Source: a virus
DNA length: 64,000 nt
IMG/VR virus record: IMGVR_UViG_3300021493_000001
Strand: one strand, 5' to 3'
Shown here: positions 18,682 through 28,136 of the stretch, one piece after another
Position numbering within the stretch: the first letter of the stretch is position 1
How the letters are laid out: the number at the start of each line of letters is the position of its first letter
Program-made: the position numbers and the translations under genes
The notes under the pieces: model-generated
Databases searched by the model: none
What the model saw: only the letters and a program-made list of their open reading frames with translations
Told to the model about the DNA's origin: nothing

Positions 18682-19131
18682 ATGAGTTTAAGCACGATTA
18701 GAAGTGAAATTAAGAGCATAATGGAAGATATTTCTGGAATAGGTAAAGTGTATGATTATTTGCGTTGGGATGAAAGTAGTTGGGAAGGCTTTTTCAATTT
18801 ATTTAAAACTGATAGCACCAAACATGGTTGGATGATAACCAGAATAAGCACAACAGAAGATAGAAGATTTGAGACAGAACATAATTTAAGGCATTATACT
18901 TTCAAAATAATTGGTTTCTATCCGTTGAAAGACAAAAGTGCTACTGAAAAAACTTTTCAAGATTTGATTGAGACTGTATGTTCAACATTTAGGACAAATT
19001 ATAATTTAAATGGGACTTGCTTAGACTCAGACCCACCAGAAGTAACTATAGTAGAAAATCGGATATATGGTTCTATCCTTGCACATTATACAGAAATTTT
19101 ATTAAGAGTTAGAGAAAGAATTACTTTGTAA
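18682..19131 (+). CDS. tail terminator protein
   Basis: size, beta-rich pattern and position before the tail tube. Confidence 0.6.
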   Translation: MSLSTIRSEIKSIMEDISGIGKVYDYLRWDESSWEGFFNLFKTDSTKHGWMITRISTTEDRRFETEHNLRHYTFKIIGFYPLKDKSATEKTFQDLIETVCSTFRTNYNLNGTCLDSDPPEVTIVENRIYGSILAHYTEILLRVRERITL

Positions 19132-19141
19132 GGAGGTAAAG

Positions 19142-19282
19142 ATGGCAAAACGATTAAGATTTCAAAGCAGAGCAGGAGGACATTATTCACCTACTCCTGC
19201 CAAGGCAGATAAAGAGGTTAAGATAACTAAGACAAAAGAACCTAAACAAAATATTAAAGGCAAAGGAGGTAAAGAGAAATGA
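19142..19282 (+). CDS. small basic protein (46 aa, not in ORF track)
   Basis: GGAGG RBS; MAKRLRFQSRAGGHYSP...; ATGA overlap with next gene. Confidence 0.55.
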   Translation: MAKRLRFQSRAGGHYSPTPAKADKEVKITKTKEPKQNIKGKGGKEK

Positions 19283-20253
19283 GCTTATTACTTAGAAGGA
19301 GCGTTTTATTAGGCAAGGTTGAAGATAACTACGGAACGGATGCCTCTCCTACAACTGCGGATGCAATTTTATGTGCAGCTCCTACTGTAACTCCAGCAGG
19401 TGATTTATTAACGAGAGACTTTGTTAGGTCTTCAATTTCACCATATCCTCATGTCATTGGTGCTAAAACAGTGGAAGTAACTTTTGACACAGAAATTAAA
19501 GGTTCAGGCACAAATTCAAGCACATCTACTAGTGCAATCATTCCTGAAATTGGAGTGTTATTTAGGGCATGTGGATTAAGTGAGACTGTAACTTGGGGTT
19601 CTACTTCTGGCACACCTACCACTTATAATGATTTAACTGCATCTTATCAACCTGTATCCACTAATTTTGAAAGTGCTACAATTTATGTTTATTTTGACGG
19701 AGTGCTTCATAAAATAGTTGGATGCAGAGGTAGTGCTGTATTTACTTTAGATGCAGGTGCGTTTCCTAGGATTAGCTGGACTTTCAGAGGATTTTATCAG
19801 GATGTTGTAGATGCAAGTATGGTATCGGGTGTTTATGATGATACCAAACCGCCAATTGTTGAGTCTATCAGTTTAGTATTAGGTTCTTACTCGCCTAAAG
19901 TGCAATCAGTGAGTATTGACCTTGCAAATACTATTGCAGAGATTAGAGATGTAAATGCTTCGGAGGCAATGAGAGAAATCGCAATCACAGCTAGAGATAC
20001 TAATGGAAGAATTAATCCTGAAATGGATTTAGTTGCTAATTATGATTTCTTTGGTATCTGGAAGAATGCCACTGAAAAAGCTATGAGTTGCACAATTGGA
20101 AGTTCAGGTGGAAATCGTGTAATCTTCTCTTGTCCATCAATTCAAGAAAGTAGTTTAGCTTATGGTGATAGAGAAGGAATTAGAGTATTGGACATCCCGA
20201 TTAAGTTAGCAAGTGAATCTGGAGATGATGAGTTAGTAATTAAGTTTACTTAA
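19279..20253 (+). CDS. tail tube (major tail) protein
   Basis: LLGKVEDNYGTDA N-terminus and YGDREG near C-terminus; precedes chaperone and tape measure. Confidence 0.85.
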   Translation: MSLLLRRSVLLGKVEDNYGTDASPTTADAILCAAPTVTPAGDLLTRDFVRSSISPYPHVIGAKTVEVTFDTEIKGSGTNSSTSTSAIIPEIGVLFRACGLSETVTWGSTSGTPTTYNDLTASYQPVSTNFESATIYVYFDGVLHKIVGCRGSAVFTLDAGAFPRISWTFRGFYQDVVDASMVSGVYDDTKPPIVESISLVLGSYSPKVQSVSIDLANTIAEIRDVNASEAMREIAITARDTNGRINPEMDLVANYDFFGIWKNATEKAMSCTIGSSGGNRVIFSCPSIQESSLAYGDREGIRVLDIPIKLASESGDDELVIKFT

Positions 20254-20276
20254 TTTTAAAATTAAAGGAGGTAAAG

Positions 20277-20708
20277 ATGGCAGCACAAGGATTTGACCTC
20301 TCTTTGGATGAGGATGTTATTAGTTTGGTAGATTATCAGCATGGTGAGGAGTTTCAGTTAAAACACTATGTAAGAAGGCCAACGACCTCAGAATACAAAG
20401 AATATAGACGCAAGATTTCTGAATTTAAAGGTGGATTTAGGCGTTTTAAATGGGAAGATAGAGGTGCAGAAGCAGCCGAATGGTTATATGAAAAGATAAT
20501 TCAGAGAGTAGAAGGATATACCTTCAAAGGTAAAAACATTATGTCTGTTACTAAAGAAGAATTGGAAGAGCTTGGTAATAAACGAGGTGAAAAATACTCT
20601 AGTTGGAAATCGTTAATTCCAATCAGGCATAAGATATTTGTAATTGATAAGGTTGCTGGATTAATACTTGAAGGTGAGACAGAGATGGAGGAAGGCTTGG
20701 GGGAATAA
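20277..20708 (+). CDS. tail assembly chaperone G
   Basis: position; ends just after slippery GGGGGAA. Confidence 0.8.
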   Translation: MAAQGFDLSLDEDVISLVDYQHGEEFQLKHYVRRPTTSEYKEYRRKISEFKGGFRRFKWEDRGAEAAEWLYEKIIQRVEGYTFKGKNIMSVTKEELEELGNKRGEKYSSWKSLIPIRHKIFVIDKVAGLILEGETEMEEGLGE

Positions 20709-21004
20709 TTAGGCAATTCTTAAAGCATAGCTGTAATCCTGCGACTTGTGATGCTTATAAGATTTCGCAAGGAAAGGCTTGTGAGGGTTGCCCAGATAAT
20801 CCTGATAACTGGCAGAAAGAATTTGAACCTGAATTGCTTACATTTTCAAATCATATAATTTGGCTGCATACTTTGAGACTTTCGGGATGTGGATTTCAAA
20901 TGGATGACCTTAGTCTTACCGAATGGAAAGGGTTAGAGATACTGGAAAGAGAGTTAAAGAGAAAGGAATTAGAAGATATTGAAGAAATGAAACGCAAGAG
21001 GTAG
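20277..21004 (+). CDS. tail assembly chaperone GT via -1 frameshift
   Basis: G_GGG_GAA at 20699-20705; -1 frame open to TAG at 21002-21004 with no start of its own. Confidence 0.8.
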
Positions 21005-21009
21005 GACAA

Positions 21010-24000
21010 TTGGCAAAGGGCTACGATGTAAGTATCACCATAACTACTCAATGGAGGGAGGGTGGCAAACCACCTTCCCCTCAAAAGATTGAACGAATTA
21101 AAAAGCCTATTCGGGATTTAAATACTGAAATTCGCAAACAACAAGGATTATTATCTAGATTTTATAATAACTGGAAAAGCACTTTTGCTGTTTTTGCTGC
21201 TGGATATGCCTCAGTTGTATTATTCTTGGGAGCTATGAGAGCTTTAAGCAATACAATTACAGGCGGAATTAAAAAGATTGCTGAGTTTGAAGCTTCAGTA
21301 GCTTCCTTAACCGCTAGATTAATATCATTAATCAGAACCAAACCAGGAGAGAGTTTGTCTGCTGGATGGGAACGAATATCTAATTATGTAAAGGATGTAT
21401 ATACCTGGGCTGTCAAATTAGATGCTCAATTCATTGGAACGGCTGAAGAATTAATGGAAGCATTCAAGGCTTTAGCTGACCAAGGAATAATTTTAAATGT
21501 TCAATCTGAAGAACATCGTAAAGCGTGGCTTGCTATTGCTGCTGCTGCTAAAGCAGCCAATCCTCATATTCAAAGACAAGGACAAATATATCAGGAAATC
21601 AGAGGTTTTATTCAGCATATCACAAGACAGGGAAATGAACTTGCAAGACAAGCAAAAGCAATGATTCCGAATTATGAAAAACAAGTTGAACTTCTCTCAA
21701 GTGCAGATGAGTGGGCTAAATTCTTAAATACTCATTTCTTAGGCTATTTGGTCTTATCTCAAAAAATTGGTCAAACTTGGGATGCCATTGTTGCTACATT
21801 TGGAAGTTATTTTAGTTTACTACAAAGGTTTGGATTGAGGCCATTATTTGAAACCTTAAAAAATATCATTCTGGATATGGCAAATTATTTAAGAGAACAC
21901 CTCGTGCCTTTAAGTGCTAATTTTGCCATAATTTGGCGTGAAATTTCTCCTGCTATTCGTTTAGTTGCTGATATATTTGGGATAATATTCAAGACCATTT
22001 CAGCTATATCTCCTGTAATTGCTGCGATTTCCCATGTCATTGGCACACTAGCATCCTTATTTAGAGTGCCACTTAAATTGTTTTCTCTAATGCTAGATAA
22101 GCTTATAGATTATGAAGGACAATTAATTAGAATAGAAAACCAACAGAAACGGACATTCACAATTACAGAAACTGAAAGAAAACTACTGGAACTCAGAAAA
22201 AAAGAAGAAAAAATTGATTTAGCTAAACCATTGCAATTAGCTAAAGAAGCGGAGTTTGAGTTATTAGCAGCAGCTAAAAGTGCGACTTATGCAAGACTTG
22301 AATTAAAACGTCGTGAAATTAAAGCTGAGATGGAGAAAACAAAGACAAAAATTAAAATGTTACTAGAAGAAAGGCAATTAGAACAGAAACTAGCACAAGA
22401 AAGAAAAGAAGAAGCAGAAAAAGAACGAAAAAAATGGGAGAGTGATTATAACAAATGGGTTAAGCTCAATTCAGAACTTAGCCAATTGCAACAGAGATTA
22501 TACAGGATGCCTCTTGGAGGTGGAGCTGAAGCTGGGGAAATAATGTCCCGAATTAATCAAATTAAACCAAAAATATTAGAGCTATCAGAAAGCCTTAATA
22601 AGTATAACAAAGCTCAGGAAGATTATACTAAAAATTCTGAAAAAGCTAAACAAGCTGAGCAAAAGATTGTGGAGCTTAGAGGAAAGTTAACAATATTAAA
22701 TAAATATCTCGCACTTGTTACAAAACAATTAACTGAAGAGGACGAACGTTTAAGAAAAGAAAAAGAAGAAGGAACTAAAAAAGAAATAAGTAATATTCAA
22801 AAAATCCGTGATGCTTACAATGCTTTGTTAATGGATTATGAAAGATATGAAAGCCAAAGAAAAGAAATTTCTCAAGAAATGGCTACTGAGAGATTAAGAA
22901 TTGAGGCTAAGCTTACAGGTAGTCTGGAAGACCAATATAAATATCGTATGAAACAAGTAGAAGAATGGGAAACTCAAAAATTGAACCGAGTTTTATCTAT
23001 CAGAAATGCAATGCTGAAAAAGATTGAAGCGATGGCAAGAAGAATTAGAGAAGAAGCAGCGAAAGAAGGCAGAACATCACTTGACCAATTGACACAAGAA
23101 GAATTAAAAATGCTTGTTAACTTGGTTAAAAAACGAGTTCAAGTAGAAAAAGATGCTGAAGATGCAATAAATGCAATAAGAAGAGCAGGAGCAGATAAAG
23201 GAAAAGAAATCTTTAGAGATATATATACTTATTCTATAGATTTAGCACAAACTTTTCAAAATACAATTTCAGATGCTTTTGAAGGCATAGTATTAGGAAC
23301 TCGGAAACTTTCAGATGTTTTTAAGGCTATGCGAGATGCTTTAGTGCGAGAGTTTGCAACGGGTTTAGCTGGAATGATTACAAAGAAAATTGAATGGGAA
23401 AAAACCTTAATTGGAAATTTAGAAATAAACTTACCTAAAGCATTTGGAAACCCTTTAGAAAAGATAAAATCCATTTGGTCTTCTGCTATGGATTGGCTTA
23501 AAGGCTCAACAGGTAAATTGCTGGGAGCACTGGGCACTGCTACATATGGCATTGCTGGAATGGTGGGAAGTGAACCTTGGCGTGCTATTGGTGGTGCTGG
23601 TGCAACAGCAGCCTTGTTTACAGGCCATCCTGTAATTGCTATGGCAACAATCACAGCAGCAGAAATTGGAAGAGCAATCTTTAAAGGTAGAGTTGAATGG
23701 GTAGGTGTTGGTGCTGGTGCAGCGGGGATACCAATAACTCAGATTGGATTGAGAAGAGGAATTCCTATGAGACCCATTTTAGGAGCGGGTATGTTAGCTG
23801 GTGGAGCATTGGGTGCAATTGGAGGTCAAACTTTGGGAGCTGTGGGTGCAGCTTTAGGTGGAACTGGTGGAACACTCGGTGCGATGCTAGGTGGGGCAGC
23901 ATTTGGTGCTGGTATAGGTCTTGCTGTAGCTGGCATAGTTTCTTTATTTACCTCAATGTTTAGCCGTAAATGGCCAACTATCCGTGGAACAGCAGAGATA

Positions 24001-26154
24001 TCATTAAAAGGTTTAAGTGATAGTCTAGATTATGTTGAAGGGTATATGAGGGAGATTGAAAAATATCTGGATGAACATACTGAAATCTATGCAATGTATA
24101 AGACTAAGTTTGCTAGAATCACAATAATGGAAAAGAGAGATGTCAAAGGAAGCATGGATGAGATTACACAGGCATTTGGTAGTTTTGTAGATGATTTGGT
24201 TGATTTTTACCAAAGTATTCTTCCTTCAACAATGAGATTTGAAGAATTGCCTAGCATTAAAATGACTTTTGGTGCTGGTAAGAAAAACATGGAAAATCTA
24301 GCTAAGCAGTTTGTTAATGAACTGGTATCACAAACATACAATGCTTGGGCAGTGCCAATTGTAGAAGAATATAATAGATTGCTTGGTATGGATTTATTTG
24401 AAAAATTTGGTTTACCTAAAATTGGCGAACTAGTTGGTGGGATTGGACATCGCTGGAATGAGCAAATGAAAAAGTTATATGAGAGACTTAGCAGAGAAGT
24501 ATTACCATCATTAGGAGTTGCTTTCACTTATGCCAAAACAATCATGAACCTAGTGGATAAATATGGAGAGGGATTGGTTGGTATATATAAGGATGAGATT
24601 GCTAATGAACTCGTAAATATGTTAGAGAAATATAAAGGTGAAGTGCAGGGGCTAAAGGAAGAAGAAGTAAAAAAGAAAGCAGAGGAGTTTGGACAAACTG
24701 TCAATGAATACCTGTCAACAGTGGTTTCTATCATTGGTGAGATAGAAGATATTATTGCTCAATATACTTTGAGTTCATTTGAGCAGAATTTACGAGAGAT
24801 AAGAAGCTGGTATCAGGAAAAACTAGCTGAGCTTACTTCTTTGGGCTTGTCCACAGAGAGGTTGCTGCTTGCTGTCACATTGAAGATTAAAAATCTTATA
24901 GAACAATCAGTAATTGCACCTCTTAAATCTTTATATGTCTCCATTCAGCAATTTAGATTGCCTGAGCCTGCTTTTGTTTCATGGCAGGTTGCACAATTAG
25001 AAACTAAATGGGGGCCAATCTGGGGTGATATTGATGCCTTGGCAGGTAGATGGGATGAGTTGATTGCAGATGCCTCAACATATTTTAGCTTATTACAGAG
25101 ACAGTTTGAATTTGAGGCACAAGCCATTAGGGCAAGGGCAGAAGAAAGAAAAGCACAAATCAGGACTGAAGCGGAAGCACAAAGAGCAGTGATGCAGGAG
25201 AGGCTGAATGGAATACAAGAAGAAACCTCAGCACTCCGAGAACAAAAGAGAGAGTTAGAAAGCATTAAAGAACAATGGAAAGGTGTGATAGATAGTATAA
25301 AGCAAAGGCTACAAGAATTACAGTTTGGCCCTGAAGCACCAGTGCAGTCTTGGGCTGCCTATCAGGTCAAATGGGCTGAACTAGTGGAAGCAGCAAAGAC
25401 TAGTCCTGAAGCTGCACAAGAGCTAATTGAATTTTCAAAGAGGTATTTAGAAATAGCTAAGATATATGCACCAAGTCAATACCTAGACATTTGGCAACAA
25501 GTAGTAAGCACCTTACAGGATGTTGAAAATAATGCGGTTTCTGAAATAGATTTATTACAGACACAGATTGATGCAATAGAAAGGCAGACAGAGGCACTAG
25601 AAAATAGGGCTAGAGATATTGAGCGTTCAATGAACAATATTGGCAGTGATTTATCAGCACGGTTAGCTGCAATAGATGCCCAAGCAGAGCAACAAATTAC
25701 ATTGCTAAGACAAGAGTATGCCAACAGGATGATGGCAATCCATGACCGTCTAAGAGAAGTGGGTGAGTATCTTGCAAAGCAGATAGAAGAGCAAATGCCA
25801 GAAGATATTAGACTGCTTACAGCAACAGCAAACTGGCTAGAGAAAATATACAATTATTTAACTGGCGTTCCATCGGCACAAACAGGTGGAGTAACTACAA
25901 GAGAGGGTCTATATCATCTCCATGCAGGGGAAACAATATTACCACGTAATACAAATATTAAGGTTGAGATTGACAGTGATAAACTAGGTAAGTCAATTGC
26001 ATCATCATTACTAAGTGCTGGTGTAACTAGTGGGTCTGGTTCTCAATCTATCCATCTGCATATAGACGGTAGAGAAATAGCAACAGTTACAGCCGAGCAA
26101 ATGAGGCGAGGTCACTCTGAACTGATTAAGCAAGTAAGGAGGGTGTCGCACTAG
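21010..26154 (+). CDS. tape measure protein
   Basis: 1714 aa helical protein, Gly/Ala hydrophobic segment, C-terminal LYHLHAGETILP. Confidence 0.92.
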   Translation: MAKGYDVSITITTQWREGGKPPSPQKIERIKKPIRDLNTEIRKQQGLLSRFYNNWKSTFAVFAAGYASVVLFLGAMRALSNTITGGIKKIAEFEASVASLTARLISLIRTKPGESLSAGWERISNYVKDVYTWAVKLDAQFIGTAEELMEAFKALADQGIILNVQSEEHRKAWLAIAAAAKAANPHIQRQGQIYQEIRGFIQHITRQGNELARQAKAMIPNYEKQVELLSSADEWAKFLNTHFLGYLVLSQKIGQTWDAIVATFGSYFSLLQRFGLRPLFETLKNIILDMANYLREHLVPLSANFAIIWREISPAIRLVADIFGIIFKTISAISPVIAAISHVIGTLASLFRVPLKLFSLMLDKLIDYEGQLIRIENQQKRTFTITETERKLLELRKKEEKIDLAKPLQLAKEAEFELLAAAKSATYARLELKRREIKAEMEKTKTKIKMLLEERQLEQKLAQERKEEAEKERKKWESDYNKWVKLNSELSQLQQRLYRMPLGGGAEAGEIMSRINQIKPKILELSESLNKYNKAQEDYTKNSEKAKQAEQKIVELRGKLTILNKYLALVTKQLTEEDERLRKEKEEGTKKEISNIQKIRDAYNALLMDYERYESQRKEISQEMATERLRIEAKLTGSLEDQYKYRMKQVEEWETQKLNRVLSIRNAMLKKIEAMARRIREEAAKEGRTSLDQLTQEELKMLVNLVKKRVQVEKDAEDAINAIRRAGADKGKEIFRDIYTYSIDLAQTFQNTISDAFEGIVLGTRKLSDVFKAMRDALVREFATGLAGMITKKIEWEKTLIGNLEINLPKAFGNPLEKIKSIWSSAMDWLKGSTGKLLGALGTATYGIAGMVGSEPWRAIGGAGATAALFTGHPVIAMATITAAEIGRAIFKGRVEWVGVGAGAAGIPITQIGLRRGIPMRPILGAGMLAGGALGAIGGQTLGAVGAALGGTGGTLGAMLGGAAFGAGIGLAVAGIVSLFTSMFSRKWPTIRGTAEISLKGLSDSLDYVEGYMREIEKYLDEHTEIYAMYKTKFARITIMEKRDVKGSMDEITQAFGSFVDDLVDFYQSILPSTMRFEELPSIKMTFGAGKKNMENLAKQFVNELVSQTYNAWAVPIVEEYNRLLGMDLFEKFGLPKIGELVGGIGHRWNEQMKKLYERLSREVLPSLGVAFTYAKTIMNLVDKYGEGLVGIYKDEIANELVNMLEKYKGEVQGLKEEEVKKKAEEFGQTVNEYLSTVVSIIGEIEDIIAQYTLSSFEQNLREIRSWYQEKLAELTSLGLSTERLLLAVTLKIKNLIEQSVIAPLKSLYVSIQQFRLPEPAFVSWQVAQLETKWGPIWGDIDALAGRWDELIADASTYFSLLQRQFEFEAQAIRARAEERKAQIRTEAEAQRAVMQERLNGIQEETSALREQKRELESIKEQWKGVIDSIKQRLQELQFGPEAPVQSWAAYQVKWAELVEAAKTSPEAAQELIEFSKRYLEIAKIYAPSQYLDIWQQVVSTLQDVENNAVSEIDLLQTQIDAIERQTEALENRARDIERSMNNIGSDLSARLAAIDAQAEQQITLLRQEYANRMMAIHDRLREVGEYLAKQIEEQMPEDIRLLTATANWLEKIYNYLTGVPSAQTGGVTTREGLYHLHAGETILPRNTNIKVEIDSDKLGKSIASSLLSAGVTSGSGSQSIHLHIDGREIATVTAEQMRRGHSELIKQVRRVSH

Positions 26155-26639
26155 TGGCTAAGTCATTTTTCTCTTGGCAATGGGCAGATGGTTGGGAATG
26201 GGGTGATGGATGGCAGTGGTGCAGTATTTCAGGCAAAATGGCTGATTATTTACCTCACAAAGAACCAGATTATGATGCAGAGTTTCCTGATTTACCTGTG
26301 GAGAGTTTGTCTGAGAATATAGATACAGAGTGTAGGATAGTTGAGACAGAAGACAATGATGAGGAAAGGGTGGCTATGAGTGAACCATTTTTTATAGTCA
26401 CACTGAACTTCCCTCAACTAAGTAAAAACCAGATTGCAACACTGTTTGATTTTTATTTTAATGAAAATAAGGCTAATGGTAGGATTAATTCTTTCAAATG
26501 GACACATCCCACAGATAACTGCACTTATGTAGTGCGGTTTGATACGGATTTAGAGAGTGGTCTTAAAAGAGGATTTTATGCTGATAGTTTTTCAATTGAT
26601 TTACGAGTGTTGGGGTGGGATACATTAGATTTAGATTGA
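26154..26639 (+). CDS. distal-tail (Dit)-like protein with Trp-rich N-terminus
   Basis: follows tape measure; FKWTHP...YVVRFDTD; N-terminal WQWADGWEWGDGWQW. Confidence 0.6.
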   Translation: MAKSFFSWQWADGWEWGDGWQWCSISGKMADYLPHKEPDYDAEFPDLPVESLSENIDTECRIVETEDNDEERVAMSEPFFIVTLNFPQLSKNQIATLFDFYFNENKANGRINSFKWTHPTDNCTYVVRFDTDLESGLKRGFYADSFSIDLRVLGWDTLDLD

Positions 26640-26651
26640 AGAGGTTAGGGT

Positions 26652-27875
26652 ATGGCAGATAAACGAGTATATTCATGTGTTGCGTTAACTGGCGGGGCTT
26701 CAGGTGCTCTTGATGCTTTGCCATATAATTCATTGCAAGACGGCGAGTTAGCATTCACTGTGACAGATGATTATATTTATGTTCATGTCTTTGATGCTAG
26801 TAGCTCATCCTCAGAAAGCTCACCAGATGTAATTACACCTGATGACGTAGGCTCAAACACAGGGCGATGGTTGCTCAGGCTTAGTTTTCTTGAACCATTA
26901 TATGTAGATAGGACAAATAGTAGGTTAGGGCTGGGTAAGAGTCCTAGTTATCAACTTGATATGACTGGTAGTATAAATCTAGAGAACACCACTCATGCCA
27001 ATCAGTATGGGATTATATACAAAGAAGGGACTGCGTTTTTTCATAACTTTAATTATGGTGATAATGGAACTGTAACCACTGTTGGGCATAATCTCTTTAT
27101 CGGTGAGAATGCGGGTAACCTCACTATGGGGTCAACAGCAACTCAAACTTACCATAGTAGCTATAATATTGGGATAGGAGATGATGTGCTTCATGCCAAT
27201 ACTACTGGTTATCAGAATGTAGGGATTGGCCCGTTAGCTCTTAGCTCAAACACTTCTGGAGTTGAAAATTCAGTAGTGGGGTATAATGCACTTCATGCTA
27301 ATACTACTGGTAGGTATAATTCAGGATTAGGAACACGAGTGCTTTCTTACAATTCTAGTGGTGATTATAACTCAGGATTAGGAAATCGGGCACTTGGAAA
27401 TAATACTACTGGAGATTACAATGTAGGGATAGGATATAATGCAGGACGATATATTGCTAACGGCTCTGACCCTAATCAAACTTCTAATCAATGTATTTTT
27501 ATTGGTTCTGATACCAAAGCATCTGCTGATGGTGTTACTAATGAGATAGTAATCGGTTATGATGCGACTGGAAAAGGAAGCAATACAATAGTATTAGGGA
27601 ATGATAGTATTACAAAGACATTTTTAAAGGGTAGTGTTAGCATAGGAGTAGCAGACCCTGAAGAGGCAGTCCATGCGTCTGGAAAAGGTTATTTTACCGA
27701 AGGTGTTAGAGTAAGAGAGGATGTAGATGATTATGGTGGTAATTTCACAAATTATACCCCTCCAACTGGTGCTAGTGCCTTGATTATTTTAGCAGCAGAC
27801 ACTAATGCGTCTAACCCAGGTCAAAGGCTTTATGCTTATGTAAATGGAAGTTGGAGATATGTAGATTTAACTTAG
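26652..27875 (+). CDS. tail fibre/spike with N-x-G-x-x-AL repeats
   Basis: tandem 14-aa repeats NxxxGxxAL. Confidence 0.7.
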   Translation: MADKRVYSCVALTGGASGALDALPYNSLQDGELAFTVTDDYIYVHVFDASSSSSESSPDVITPDDVGSNTGRWLLRLSFLEPLYVDRTNSRLGLGKSPSYQLDMTGSINLENTTHANQYGIIYKEGTAFFHNFNYGDNGTVTTVGHNLFIGENAGNLTMGSTATQTYHSSYNIGIGDDVLHANTTGYQNVGIGPLALSSNTSGVENSVVGYNALHANTTGRYNSGLGTRVLSYNSSGDYNSGLGNRALGNNTTGDYNVGIGYNAGRYIANGSDPNQTSNQCIFIGSDTKASADGVTNEIVIGYDATGKGSNTIVLGNDSITKTFLKGSVSIGVADPEEAVHASGKGYFTEGVRVREDVDDYGGNFTNYTPPTGASALIILAADTNASNPGQRLYAYVNGSWRYVDLT

Positions 27876-27884
27876 GAGTTTTGA

Positions 27885-28136
27885 ATGGGTAGATTTATTA
27901 AGTTTAAGAAACCAACCAGAAAACAGCTTTTGGAACGGATTGTTTTACTTGAGGGGGAGATTAGAAAGGTAAGAACTGAAACATTAAAGATAGTGGAACA
28001 AGAATTGAATACTAGAACTGCACAATTGCAAGATTTGTTAACTGAAATAACTGCATTGGTTGCTCTTTTAAAAGATAAAGGAGTAGCTACTCAAAAAGAA
28101 ATAAACGAATGGTTAGAAAAGAAGAGAAATGGCTAG
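27885..28136 (+). CDS. small coiled-coil protein, possible fibre chaperone
   Basis: heptad pattern and position. Confidence 0.5.
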   Translation: MGRFIKFKKPTRKQLLERIVLLEGEIRKVRTETLKIVEQELNTRTAQLQDLLTEITALVALLKDKGVATQKEINEWLEKKRNG

